NCBI GenBank assembly: GCA_001179505.1
Contig: CDMY01000206.1
Location: forward strand, 62,001-126,000
Direction: 5' to 3'
Source of the DNA: Vitrella brassicaformis CCMP3155
Taxonomy: Eukaryota > Protista > Chromerida
DNA length: 64,000 bases
Shown here: piece by piece, positions 35,916-48,767 of the stretch
Numbering within the stretch: the first letter of the stretch is position 1
Layout of the letters: every line of letters starts with the position of its first letter
The notes under the pieces: generated by a model
Told to the model about the DNA's origin: nothing
The model's input: the letters and a program-made list of their open reading frames with translations, nothing else
Databases searched by the model: none
Made by a program: the position numbers and the translations under genes

Positions 35916-37096
35916 CCAGCCAACCGACCAGCCAGCCAACAAACGCATCAACGCACTGCTGATGGATAGTTCCGATCGAGCACGGGTGGGTATTTTTGTG
36001 TGATGGCAACCAGAGAGAGAGGGAGACAGACAGGCACTGTAGTCCTCGTCGCCTCGCGAAACGCGAGATTTTTCTTCCCTCACCCTCACGTGAGCTGAGC
36101 GGGAGATTGACTGAGGGAGGGAGGGAGAGAGGGTGCAGTGTACAGTGTAGATCTGCAGATCCAGGCCGGCATGCGTGTGATGGCACCTGTGGTGTGGTGT
36201 ATGTGATGTGGGACGCAAAGTCCGTCAGTCGGATTGCAAATTCTTCTCTCTCCAGAAAGAAGTAAATGTATGTTTGCGGGAGCCGCCCATCGCACTCACA
36301 GCACAGCACACGAATTGAATTTTGTAATTACTAAGTTCCATCCATCCATCGGCCGGGGTCTTGCTGTATTCTACTCTGTTTTATAAACACAATTTATAAA
36401 CACAGTTAGACAGTGAGAGTGGGGGACGAGACGACGGGTAGGGTAGAGAGGCTTACGTCCGTGTGTGTGTATGAGCCGATGAATGAATGTGGGCCATCGA
36501 GACTTGCACCCTCACGCCCCCACACACACATACACGCCCGCACACCAGCTCACAATGCATGAATCAGATCCATCGACGCAGCCACACGCACATCGATTTC
36601 TTGAAGCACATGTGATGACGGCATAAACTCGCAGACGGAGCATAGGGCAACAGACAGACAGATAAGGTGTGCTATAGATAAGACATGCAACGCGGGACAC
36701 GGCCAAAGAGGTCCACTGTATTTGCGATAGAAGACACCAGGAAAGCACTTCACAGAGATAGGCGGGGAATAGATAGATGGTCAGCAAGGGAGGGAGCCTC
36801 AGAGAGGTGAAGGTAGAGCATAGCACGCCGGCCACCGGGGAAAAACAACACACGAGACACACAGGAGATAGAGCACACACACGGTAGAGAGCGAACACAC
36901 AAGGAGAGACCTATCGACACAGATGGGATGGCCCACCGCGAGACAGCCAGACACAGACAGACAGACAGACAGACAGCCACACAGACGGGAGGGAAAACAG
37001 TCAGGACCTCCCTTGCGATTCATTCCATGTCATGTAGCCAAATTACTCACTCCCTCACCAGACCGGCAAACCCTCCCCCCTCCCCTCTAGCCCCCA

Positions 37097-37133
<37 letters not shown>

Positions 37134-37137
37134 CCTG

Positions 37138-40100
37138 TCAACCGTTGAGTCTGCGCACATGATTGCTGGCGAAGTTGTTGCCACTGGTGCTGGTCGGGAT
37201 GCCGCTCACCAGGTGGCTCTCACCCAGTTGGACGCCCGTCGCTGCCTCAGAAATGGCCGGCTCCTCTGGCTGCAGCTGCAGCTGCAGCTGCTGCTGCTGC
37301 TGTGGCTGCTGCTCAGTGCTTGTGATCGCTGCTGTCTCGGGGGACGCCAAGGCATCTTCGGCTGCTGTCGGGGCTGGTGGGGTGTCGGCTTCTTCGGCAC
37401 TGATGCCTTCCAGGAGCTCTTCCTCGGTTTTGGTGAAGGTGAGGCCGTCAGGGTCAATGTCCTGCACGCCCTCAATCTCCATTATCGGGACACCTGACAT
37501 CAAGAAATCCACACACACACACGCACACACACACATGTCTCTCTCTCTCTCTCTCTCTGGTGATCCGACTAGACTAACCCTTCTTGGCGCATCGGTTGTC
37601 GGTGGGCGTGAGGTCGAATCCCTCCTGGCAGATGACGCACCTGCCCTCCCAGCACTCCTTGCAGTTGGGGTGCTTGTCGAAGCAGTTCCATCGGAACCAC
37701 TCGGGGTCGATGTAGATGAAGGCGCTGGACACCTTGCCGTACTTGCCGTCGCTGAACCACACCTCGGCGTCCAGCCAGCCACCAGGCACCTCACCCACCG
37801 GCTTGGCCAACGTGCAGTCTATGCGAATAGCCTGACAGACACACAGACACACAGACAGACAGACAGACGAAGATATGTGTGTGTGTGTGGCGGGGGTGAG
37901 GGGAATGCGTGTGTGTGTGCGGTGCGTACGCCATAGTCGGTGATTTCGCACGGCTGCCCCCCGATGGCCACTTGTGTGGGTTTCCTGCCCTCCGCCACGA
38001 AGTTGACGCCCCCCACCATCAGCTTCAGGTCGAACGTCGGGTTGCCGCGCCAATTCGTCAAATCCCACACCTACACACACACACGTCACACCGCACAACA
38101 TCATGTTGTGTGCATGCAATGGGGTCCCCCTGGGTCTCACCAACCCCCCTCTCTCAATAATCACCCACCGCCCCACCGACCTGTGGGTCGGTGCTGAGAG
38201 TGGCGGACTCGTCATCAGGCAGCAGGATCTCCAGGCGGTTGTCGCTGAAGTCCGCCCCCACCAGTGCGCACCCCGGGCCATACTCGAGACCCAGCGCCCA
38301 GATCTTGTCGGTCAGCTTGCTCACCTTGGTCACCTCTCCCGGCGCGTCAGGCCGGTCCACCCTCCAGGCAGCGACGTTCCACTGAAGTGCGACCAGGTCG
38401 TCTTTGAGCTGGCCCTCGAAGCAGGTGCCCCTGAACTGAGCGATGCCGTCGACGGACGAGGGCACGGTGAGGCCCTGTGTGTAGACGTCTGGCTTGGGTG
38501 GGTAGTCGGATGGGAAGAAGTACCACTGCCTGGGGTCGTCCTGCGCGCGATTGGGATTGGGGTAGCCCCAGTAGCTGTCCTTGAAGAGCGGACCGTGGAC
38601 CTGAACGACACACACAGCGGGTGTGTCGTGTGCTTTGTGTTGTGTGTTGTGTGTTGTGCATCTGTTTGCTCACCCTGTCTCGCGAGTTGGCGACGGTCTC
38701 GTTGGGTGTGCACTGGGGGTAGGGGCAGTTGGCGTAGTTCTCCAGCATCGCGTCCACACTATCGATGTCGAAGGTGGGGCCCAGCCCTGCACTGGCACCA
38801 TTGGACGTCGCCCACAGCTCACCTGCACACACAACACACACACACACACACACACGATTGCCCAGACGTCCCACCGCATGTGTGCGCCCTCGTCTCACCG
38901 TCCGTGGTGTATTCGAGGCCGAATGGGTTGTGAAACCCGACGGACCACGTGGTGATGCCCACCACGCTCTCGTCGATGTCATACAGGGACGCCCACCGCT
39001 GGTCGTTGGGTGCGGGTGAGCCCGCCGGCCCCTTGGACTTGGCGTTGTCCTTCCACACGTACTTGAGCTTCCCGTTGAAGTCACTGCGGCGGATCTCGGC
39101 CTGCACGTGTGTGTGTGTGTGTGGATTGACGGATGCCCTTTGCTGTGTGTGTGTGTGTGTGTCTTGGTGACTGACCTTGAGGACGGCAGCTGAGAGAGGG
39201 CTTTCCTCCATCGCCCCGAAGTAGCAGGAGGGCGGTCCGCCGTTGCTAGCTGATGCCTGACCCCAGAAGAGGTCGCCGTCGAGGTCAAAGCGGGGGTGGT
39301 TGACGCAGAGGTCGCCGTTGGTGCAGGTCAAGTTGCTGATCTTCTCCTCTACCAGCGTCAGATTCGGACCTGTTAGTCGATGCACACACGAATGGCGAGT
39401 GACAGGAGGGGGGGGGGTCGTGTCATGTGTGTCGTGTGTTTGTTCCATCGACTAACCGTACAGCCGCGATATTTTTCCGTTGAACTCAAGCCCCTCCTTG
39501 ATAGTGCGCTCACAGCCAGGACCCTGCGCGCGCGTGTGAGGGGATGATTAGTGAATTGCTTAGTTGGTTGGTGTGTGTGCGGACCTTTGGGTATATGTGT
39601 CCGTGTGAGACGTAGACGGACGGCTCGGCGGCGTCAGAGTAGGGGTCCACCTGGATGCCCAGGATGCTCTGGTTGCCGCCGAAGTGATCCTGACACACCC
39701 CACCCACCACACATACGGCATAACACGCCACGCACAGGCAGACAGGGGTGTGTCGATTTCTCTCTCAGCATGCCTGTAGAGATGTGATGACTGTGTGGTT
39801 CCTGTAGGTGTAGTCGGGGTTGAAGTCAATCACCTGGTGGACGACACACGCACACACACACACGCGTATCTCTCCCCCATCGGGTGACACGCAATGTATT
39901 TCTCGGATCCCATCCATTGACACTACTCACATGTATGTTGCCTGCCACGGTGCCGACGTAGAGCTTCGCATCCGGCCCCCAAGACGCCCCGGTCGGCCCG
40001 CCCTCAGTGTAGGCCGTCACAGACTCTTGCCACTTGATCGCTGGCTTCACATCTACAGCCACACACGCACGCACCACACCACACATACCCAGATCGGGGC

Positions 40101-43041
40101 ACTCTCGAGTGGATGCGATGGCTGCCTACGTTCGACAGATTGGAATGTCTTGACGTTGGAGGTTCCCCTGGAAGTGGTGATGGACACCTGGTCGGCGCCG
40201 ACCTCCTGCTTGGGCGGTGCGATGAAGGTGACCGACCCCGAGGTCACGTCGGATGGGAAGATCTTCTGGCCGGACCAGTTGACCACTACGTGGCCCGCGT
40301 CGCCAGGCATGATGAAGCCCACACCTGCAGGCAGGCATCACACGAGCGGACGGAGAGAGGGCGTGTTGTGTTGCGGACGGCAACAGGGGGCGGGGGTGTC
40401 TCGTCTGTCTGCTTGGCTCACCTGAGATGGTGATGTTGTTGGGTTTGTCCTTGTGGCCGATGTCGGGTTCGATTCTGTTGATGAATGGCGGGATGTCGGT
40501 CTCGTCTCGCGTCACCAGCAGCTCCCTCTCCGGCCCAAAGACAGCGACCTCGTCGTAGTTGATCTTTAGCGCGAGGAAGAGCGCTTTGTCCGTCACGGCG
40601 AATCGGACATCGAACACATGGCGGCCATACTCCAGCTCCACGGGCACGTTCATGTCGACGGACTTGCCGTTGACGTAGACGTAAGCCGGCGCCCCGTCGG
40701 CCGATATGGTGACCGTCTCGTTGGGTGCCAGCACCTCGTCGATGAGCACGTTGCCGACGGCTCTCGCCATGACGTTCTCCGACATGGGGCTGCCCGCAAT
40801 CTCTTTGTTGACGGGCTCGACCTCTATGTCGAATTGCTCGACAGAGGAGGAGATCCAGTCGGGGTCCGGCAGCTCGTAGGCAGGCAGGGCGAGGATGGAG
40901 AAGGGCGTCTTGGCACTGGCATAGAGGTACACCTGATGTGGAGAGAATGGGTGGATTGACACCATGGATGGATGGACGGCTCGGTGGATGATCACATGTG
41001 TAGTTGTCTGCGTGTGTGTGTGTGTGTGTGAGTGTACCTGTGGTCCAGGTATCCTGCTGGGGCTGACTACGTGGAAGGGGAGTGCGTCGGTGATGTGCTT
41101 GGCGGGTGTGTCGTCGTCGTAGATGGTCATGACGGCCATGTGGTCGCCCACCAGCACGTCCACGTCGGCGGTGCTGTTCTTGCCCTCATACACCCACTCC
41201 CCGTCCACCTTCCACACCCACTTGACCACGTCAAAACGATACTCACTACACACACAGGCAGGCAGGCAGGCAGGCACACACGCACAGACACAACAAAAGT
41301 GCCGGTCGGTGCCGCGTCGCGTCAAGTGCACTGCAGACAGAGAAATGCCCTGCCTTCTCGGCTGTTGTCCGCTTACGAGCTCTGTTCGTGGGTGTGCGAG
41401 CGCCCCCCCTGCCAGACAGACAGACAGACAGACGGGCGATATATGGGTGGGATGCATTGTGTCTTGGTGTCTGTCTTGCTTACATTGAGTGTGACGTTCT
41501 CTTTGCCGTCGCCGTCATAGTCGACGGTGACGACGGGCACGTCGACCACCGGATGGAGATTGACGTGGTCCACCACTGTCGCCAACGCACACACCAGCTT
41601 GGTCCTGACCAACCTGCCTGCACACAGCATACCACAACACGGCTCGGCCATCAGCACAGCATCATGCGTGTGTGTGTGGGGGGGGGGNNNNNNNNNNNNN
41701 NNNNNNNNNNNNNNNNNNNNNNNNNNNNNNNNNNNNNNNNNNNNNNNNNNNNNNNNNNNNNNNNNNNNNNNNNNNNNNNNNNNNNNNNNNNNNNNNNNNN
41801 NNNNNNNNNNNNNNNNNNNNNNNNNNNNNNNNNNNNNNNNNNNNNNNNNNNNNNNNNNNNNNNNNNNNNNNNNNNNNNNNNNNNNNNNNNNNNNNNNNNN
41901 NNNNNNNNNNNNNNNNNNNNNNNNNNNNNNNNNNNNNNNNNNNNNNNNNNNNNNNNNNNNNNNNNNNNNNNNNNNNNNNNNNNNNNNGGGGGGGGGGGGG
42001 GGGGGGGGCGTGCACAGACCACTGAGCCCGAAGCAAGCGTGCTTGGTGCCCATTTCCTCTCCCTCAAAGTGGATCTGCATCTTGATGATCCCGCCAGGCT
42101 TCAAAGCCACATTGGCACCCTTCTCGCTGGTGAAGCCCTCCACAGCCAGGGGGCCCACTAGGGGCTTCGCCGCTGGATTCTCACTCAAAAGCTTCATCTG
42201 TTTGACACACAGATACCTGCCTGCCTGCCACATACGTGCGTGTGTCTGTGTCTGTAAGTGTAAGTCACCTTGAAGCCGTCAGCACCAAAGTAGGTAATCG
42301 TGTCGACGGTGACATCCTTGGCGCCATCGACCACCTCCAACTTGACGCTGTCCACCGCGCCCTGCGAGAACTCACCAGTGGGCAGCACCTGCCCCATGAC
42401 AATCCAGTCGGGCCCGCTCAGGACGTCCTGCTTGTAGGGGCTGGTGTCGCCAATCAGCCCCACCGACACCACCGGCACTCCATCCATATTGACCATCAGC
42501 TCTCCTGTAATGATCGTGGCCCCGCTCGGCACCGGACTCTTGAGCTTGATGCCCACCACGGCCGTGTCGTTGGGCTTCATCGACCGGATGTCGCCCTCCT
42601 TGACCCATATCTGAAAGTCTGACGCGTACGGCCCCTCCTGCCAAAACAAACCACACAACAGAAGAAACAGACAAGGGGAGAAGGTGAGAGCGTCTGATTC
42701 CCTGCCTGCCTGCCTGCCTGCCTGACCACTGTGAAGGACGTCGCCACAGTGACGTCCTCGATGGCGTTCCGGACGGTCAGCGTCTGTGAGGTGCCCGTCC
42801 CGGCCTTGTCAAAGACCAAGAAGAGAGGGTCCACATCCAGCCCGCCAGCATAGAACCCCAGGCCTCGCTGCGCAAAGGCCAGCAGGAGAACGCTCGCAAA
42901 CAGGACGACTGGTGCCCTTCGGACAGCTGAAGGCCTTGATGGGCATCTGGAGGGGCGGGCGGCCCAGGATGGAGGTGGCGCGATTTCCACAGTTGGTGGC
43001 GCCTCTGAAGGGCGTGGAGGCTCAAAGGCACGGCGTCTCAT
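37138..43041 (-). CDS. Large secreted mosaic protein: hydrophobic leader, Ig-like region, PKD-like, PA14-like, IPT/TIG, glucose/sorbosone-dehydrogenase-like beta-propeller, IPT/TIG, Cys-rich module and acidic tail; about 15 or more exons
   Basis: VVLFASVLLLAFAQRG leader; VDYDGDGKENVTLNGGRSHTHE..KWVWKVDGE (PKD-like); AYVYVNGK..VELEYGRHVFDVRF (PA14-like); PPFINRIEPDIG..ITISGVGF..VTFIAP (IPT); GPTGASWGPDAKLYVG, FDLDGDLFWG, GFHNPFGLEYTTDGELWATSNG (GSDH propeller); CFDKHPNCKECWEGRCVICQEGF. Confidence 0.75.
41688..41987. other. Scaffold gap (300 N) flanked by G runs (10 G on the left, 21 G on the right), inside an intron of the mosaic gene
   Basis: Read directly; the exons on either side join in phase 1 (..HACFGLS/G|RLVRTK..). 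Confidence 0.95.
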
Positions 43042-43325
43042 TCTCTGCTCTTTCCGCCTTTAGTGTGGCAAAATAAGGATCCGCCCCACTATTTCTGACG
43101 AGCAACAGTCGCCATCCGTGCTGACAACAGTCGCGGCGAAGGGGCCCAGGTCTGAACCTTTCACTTCCCTAATCCATCTCCTATTGATCCCGCTCGCGGG
43201 ATGCGAGCCTGATCGCATGATCGGACAGAACTCATCGTTTTGGCTTTCCTTTGCCACGTAGAGGCCTCCAGCTGCATCTGTGAGGCCCTGGCACCCTCAA
43301 ATCCCCTCGCTCGGGTCCCGGCTTG

Positions 43326-46300
43326 ATGGACCTACACCAGGTGAGGGTCCTGATGGAAGTCCGAAGGAGGTCACGCAAACGGCATCATTTGTGTGGTTTT
43401 CTACATGGTGACAGGTGCGGAGGGCCTTCCAGGAGATCCAAAGCGACGTGGGCCGAACGGAAAATCCGTCATCAGAGAGGAATCCCATCTCATTCTCTCT
43501 CTGTGTTGTTGTGTGTGCAGATAAGTAGGAGTTTAGTATCGCATCCTGACCAGCACCAGGTCGACGCTGCCGTCACGTTAGCCGCGCAGGTGAGGAAGGA
43601 GACTCAAATCCTCTGTGGGTGGGAGGTATTTCCATCTTGGTTCGTCCTGTGTCTTCAGCTGGGGGATGGTGCCAAGGCGTTGGAGGGTAGTATCGCGGAC
43701 CTAAATGGCTTTCTAACAGAGCTATATGGGCAGCGGATTCACCTTGTTGCAGCAGGGACGCTGGCATCTGTCTCTGTGCTGTGCGGTGTCGGTTCAGGTG
43801 GGCGACATGGCGTCGCAGCTGCAGCAGCTGCAGCCATCGCACATCACATCAGAGGTGAGCCAAGCATGCCAATGAGGGAGCGGGGAGCAGAGCTGTACGC
43901 ACAATCCACGCATCCATCCATTTGTCCGGTTGCTGTGTGCAGGCGTCATTGCGTGCGGCCAGAGATGTGGGCTACCAGATGACGTTGATGGCCTCCCACA
44001 TGGCTGCCGTGACCACACAGCTCGCACTGCAGCGGATACCGCTCGCAAGCGCCGTGGCTGCACTCACCGCATCGACGGCAGATGAGCCGCACCAAGAGCT
44101 ACATCCGAAAGAGGAAACCAGCGACGCTGCCGCACCAGCACAGACACAGGTAGCCAGGACACTCAAGACGAGCAGTGCAGCAGCTGTCATCAGAAGCACT
44201 CACTGCTCTCTTCTGTGTCTGTCAGGATGAGCCGCCGGGTCGTGTTCCGTCGTATCGGCTCGTATTTCGAAGCGGCAACAAGCCCATCAACGAACCGGTA
44301 CGCACACCACACGTAGTGTACACACACCCGGCAGACACAACGATATGACACCGACTCACATTCATATGTGCCTTCATCGCAGCCTGTCCTGAACCCTGAT
44401 AACTGTGCATGCATCTTCGGCTCCCTCCAGCCCTGGGAGCTCGCACGGCTGCGGCCGGCCATCGGCAAGCACATCTTTCACCAAGCGGCCCAGCAGTACA
44501 CCCACCTGACGATCGACAGCGATGACGGCGAGACGCGCGGCATATGGGAGCGAATGTCGTGCGAAATGGCGCATAGGTGGGGCCAGAGGAGCCGCAACCT
44601 CAAAGAACTGACCATCCGCCACCCCGAAGCCGACTGGTGCACGGCCACGCCAGCAGTGAGCAAACGAGCAGCAGCGCCGCATCGTCGTCAGCCATGGATG
44701 ATGACACGGAGACCGGAGCCCCGCCCCTTCGCCATCCCCCCTCACACGCCACACTCCAGGTACTGCGGTTCCAAGATGCCAATGGCTATGCTCGTGATTG
44801 GGACCCCCTCGGCCCGCCCCCCACCTCCCCCGTCCACCTGCCCGCCCTCACCACCGTCATCGACGTCCAGCCCGAGCATGCGGCTGCTCGGGTGGGCCGC
44901 AATTGGCACACGCCCAACATCCGAGTGCTGACGTTCCAGAACACCTATAGCGGCGACGACGAGTTTGAGGGGGCGCGGCAGTGGATTGGGGACGGTACCC
45001 GGCTGGAGAAGCTCGAGTATGATATACGCGGGTACGGCGGACGGATACACATGGGTGCGGGGAAGTACCGTGTGGCAGGCATGAACGGACACCGTCTCGT
45101 CGTGGTGTGCAGATGTGGATCAGAAAACGACGACTTTCTCCATGGGGTGCCGGAGGGCCAATCGCTGTCGGGTCTGCGTTCCCTCGGCCGCGTGCGCGTC
45201 TACTGTGACAGCACGGGTTCTGAGTGGGAGCCTGCCGAGATGCAGGGCTTCCGCGATCTGCTGGTGCGCCGGGGGTGCGTCAAGACCATCCGTGAGATGC
45301 AGCTGGATTTCGGAGAGCAGAGATGCGAGGAGGGGTATCTGGAGGACACAGCCGAGACGAGAGAGCTGATCGAAAGGGCAGCAGAGCTCGTGTAAGGCCG
45401 GCCACACAGAGAGAGTGTCTTGCATGCCTCGTACTTCAGCCGTGTGTGTTTCTTTTGTTCCTGTCTCTCTTTCAGTGACGCCGTGATGCACCCTGACGCC
45501 CTCAGCCAGCCGCTGATGCCGTGCCTCCACGACATCGGCAAGATCGACTACCAGCTGGTCACATGGGGCCTCGCCCACCCCTCCCCCACCGTCAGGAAGC
45601 TCGTGGCTGACTACGCCAGCGGAGTGCGCATCGTGGGGTTCAAGGACCCCACACGCAATTTGCCTGCCCAGCCGGTGACGCCCACGGCATTTCCGAAAGC
45701 CACCGCCTTCTGCCTCCGATCTACACGGATCGCCAAAGCGGTGGAGGCAGCGCAACAGATGCCCTCACTGGAGTGCGTCGAGGCCGAGAGCCCCAGTGCG
45801 GTGCGGGACTTCCTCGAGGCATTTCACGCCGCAGCCCCGGACAAGACTATCGGCCGGGTGACGCTCGAGCTGCCCGCAACCAGCCTGACCGGCAGACCCT
45901 CATTTCATGAACTGGGCAAGAACCGCAATCCGCTGCCGCCGATCGAGGAGCTGTGCCTCTACGTAGAAGGTGGGCAGACAACGTGCTAACAACAATCGCG
46001 GCGACGGGGCTGAATTGTATGTATGTATGTGTGTAGGTTTTTTGACGGATCATTTGAGTCTCGGGATTCATGATTCGCGACTCGAGTGGCTTCACGGCAG
46101 TGTGCTGGCCTTCCTGCAGGCAGCCAGCGATGTCAAGGCAAGAAGGGACGAAGGAACAAACGCATTGCTGGATGGCCCTGTTGCTTTGCTGCATGCAATG
46201 CCATGCAATGCGATGCGATGCAGGGCACTAAGCGCACATACGTCACCTTCTACGACAACTTTCTGGCTTGCGATATCGCCAAACGGTTTGCGGCTGCCAC

Positions 46301-46367
46301 GCCCTGTTCAACCTCTCGAGCACCAAGTTTCGGCTGCAGTGGGCTAAATCGGATAGGCTCGAGCTGA
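43326..46367 (+). CDS. Lineage-specific F-box-like protein, multi-exon; possibly a frameshifted pseudogene
   Basis: MDLHQ|VRRAFQEIQ.., PVLNPDNCACIFGSLQPWELARL (F-box-like), YTHLTID..WERMS..RWGQR, VHLPALTTV..ARVGRNWHTPNI; the reading frame changes near 44640-44760 and possibly again near 46290. Confidence 0.55.
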
Positions 46368-46655
46368 CGCGGCTCGAGTAGACACGCAGATCAGATCCGC
46401 TGGCTGACTAGTGACTAGAGAGATGTCGATATTGTGTATAATACAAGGGTCACTCACTGCCTCAGACGACCAGGAAGTGAATCTATTTTCCATTGTCACG
46501 TCCCATAAGTCTCAAGTAGGCTTAAATTGACCATGTCATGTAGCAGTCACCTAATTCATTCCGACCGCTTTACTGCGGCGGGCTTCGCTCTCACACGACT
46601 CGCACGGTCACACAGGTGCCAAAGCATGCGCTAAGGGCACACTGCTAGAGGCACA

Positions 46656-48548
46656 CTAGAAAGCTCTGCTGGCACTGCTAGGCAACACACGCATCTTGGC
46701 AGCCAACCCAACGCCGCACTCCACCATCATGGGATGACCGTCCTGTCTGCAGCACACACACATAGCCAGAGAGAGAGACGTACTGCACGATGCACACAGC
46801 ATGGTGCATGCGGTTGCCTCTTTGAACTCACCCGGCGACGTGCAGCACCACCAGAGAGAGCACGGGCTGAACGGCCAATAGGTCCCAGCCTGCTGGCCAG
46901 CCGGCAGCACACCTCCCGTCTCCGCCCAGCCTCCTTTCGGCCGGGGCGTGACGGCTTTCGACTCGATCATGGCGGCCGCCGTCTCCTTGAGAGACTGCTC
47001 CCACGGCATCAGTTGAATACCGATAGACGACAGAGGACTGACGATGACCACCACACAGATAACATGATATGAAGGCCAGCCCGGCTGTGCGTGTGGTATC
47101 GTTTGGGTGTCCACCTTGTGTCGAAGAGCTTGAGCGGCTGTGACAATGACGGGTCGTCGTCGACGAACTCGTAGGGGCACGTGTAGTCGTACTGCGGGAA
47201 GGCCCTCTGCAGCTCGGCATAAAGCATCGGGGGAGGCACTACACACACACACACACGCACAGAGAGAGAGAGAGAGAGGTTACCTGGACAAATGTGTCGT
47301 CCGTCTGTTCTGCCTGACTCACCATCAAAATCTGTCGATACGATGAAACGCTTCCCGTTGGCACTGCTCAGCTCAGCGGCGGCAATGTGGGCATCGGCGA
47401 CGTCACGCACATCACAAAATGACAGAAACCCAGTGAACTCAACGCCTGACACACACCACACCACACCACACACACAGCAGGTTGGACACAATGCGACGGC
47501 TGTCTGACCACACGGTGTGATCGGTCATCTTACCTTCGATTAGTGGTTTGATGAAAGAGAGAGAGCTGGTGATCTTATTGACCAGCGGAGGGGGGCCGAT
47601 GACACAGGCGGGATGGATCGTAGCCATAGGGATGCCGCACTCCTCGCTCGCCTTCCAACACTCACGCTCAGCCTTAATCTGACACACACACACACATTCA
47701 GGACGGCATGCTCTTGTTTCCCTATGCGCCTGGCCTGCCTGCCTGCCTGCCTGCCTTCTCACCTTGGAGATCGCATATCCCTTCATTGCCGGTGGCCCTG
47801 GGCTTGCCTCCAGCTGTTTCTCATCCATCCAGTCGTCCCCCGTTAGCACCCTGCTGCCCTCCCCCTCCTTGCTCTTCGGCAGCGACAGCCGCATCACCGG
47901 CATGTCCACCGTCTCGCCGTCTTTCCGCGCCTTGGCCATCTGGGCGGCCAAGTCGCCAATGGTGACCATGCTGGAGGTGAAGATGAGCTTCTTGACGCTG
48001 CCCGAGGCCTTCTTAATGGCCGCCCACACGTTCTCGACGCCCTTGGTGGCCGGCTGGATGAACTGCTGGAAGTCCTGATCGTCAGGGATCCCGCCGTCCT
48101 CGGTGATCTGCGGCACGGGTGAGGCCACATGAAACACCAGACTGCAGCCGGCAACCACGCTGTCCAGAGATCCTGGACGGCGACGATAGAACATCACGCA
48201 GACCAGACAGGATCCATCCATATATCGTCCATCGTGCTGTACCTACCGGGGACAGTGACGTCGGCCTCGATGAGCTCAAGCCTGCCCTTTTTGTCTTTGT
48301 CGGCCTTGGCTGCGATGGGCTCCAGGCCAGACTTGGCGATGGACCTCACCGGCGCCCTCACCGTACAACCTGCAGACAGAAAGGGACCAAGATGGAATGA
48401 GAAATGAGCCCCTGAGGGAAACGTGGAGCGGCAGCTCCATGGGCTGGCTACCTCTATCCAGCAGATGGATGACGACCTGAGCACCGACGAGGCCAGATCC
48501 CCCGGTCACGCAAACGGTCTTGCCGTCGATGGGCTCCTTGCCAGACAT
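46656..48548 (-). CDS. NAD(P)-dependent epimerase/dehydratase, extended SDR (dihydroflavonol/cinnamoyl-CoA/Gre2 reductase-like); multi-exon
   Basis: TVCVTGGSGLVGAQVVIHLLDRG (GxxGxxG), VFHVASP, PATKGVENV, LIFTSSM, GYAISK|IKAE (YxxxK), IHPACVIGP, CDVRDVADAHIAAAE..GKRFI. The last stop position is approximate. Confidence 0.9.
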
Positions 48549-48767
48549 GACGCCAGACGACGATTCAGTGAGAGAGTCTGTCAGCACAGCACTGACGAAG
48601 AGCATTTCCGTCTGGAATCTCCCACCTGAGCTCGCAGACCGATCATCCCACCCCCGTTAGGCCCGGCGTCCCCCCCATCCCGCGCGCAGCAGAACGCAGA
48701 GGCTTCGCTGCATCGAGATCTATCGATTCGGGACACCAGCAGTCATCGCCTTGTATCTGCATGCACC

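Noticed and set aside
36375-36405. AT-rich TTTATAAACAC tandem duplicate between convergent genes
   Set aside because: Only two short copies; most simply a 3'-end or poly(A) region.
41566-41592. VCVGDSGGP, resembling the trypsin catalytic-serine motif, in an alternative minus-strand frame
   Set aside because: That frame stops within about 20 codons and has no His or Asp protease motifs. The other frame continues directly into the PKD-like domain.
41373-42273. ORFs containing X runs that span the N gaps (also 55248-56034)
   Set aside because: Artefacts of translating N.
43100-43155. CTGACGAG..CGAAG resembling a hammerhead ribozyme core, with a CAACAGTCGC repeat
   Set aside because: There is no GAAA core and I could not build stems I-III; it is more likely promoter sequence of the divergent pair.
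46561-46580. CCGCTTTACTGCGG resembling U5 snRNA loop 1
   Set aside because: It does not match the invariant GCCUUUUAC loop, and there is no Sm site downstream.
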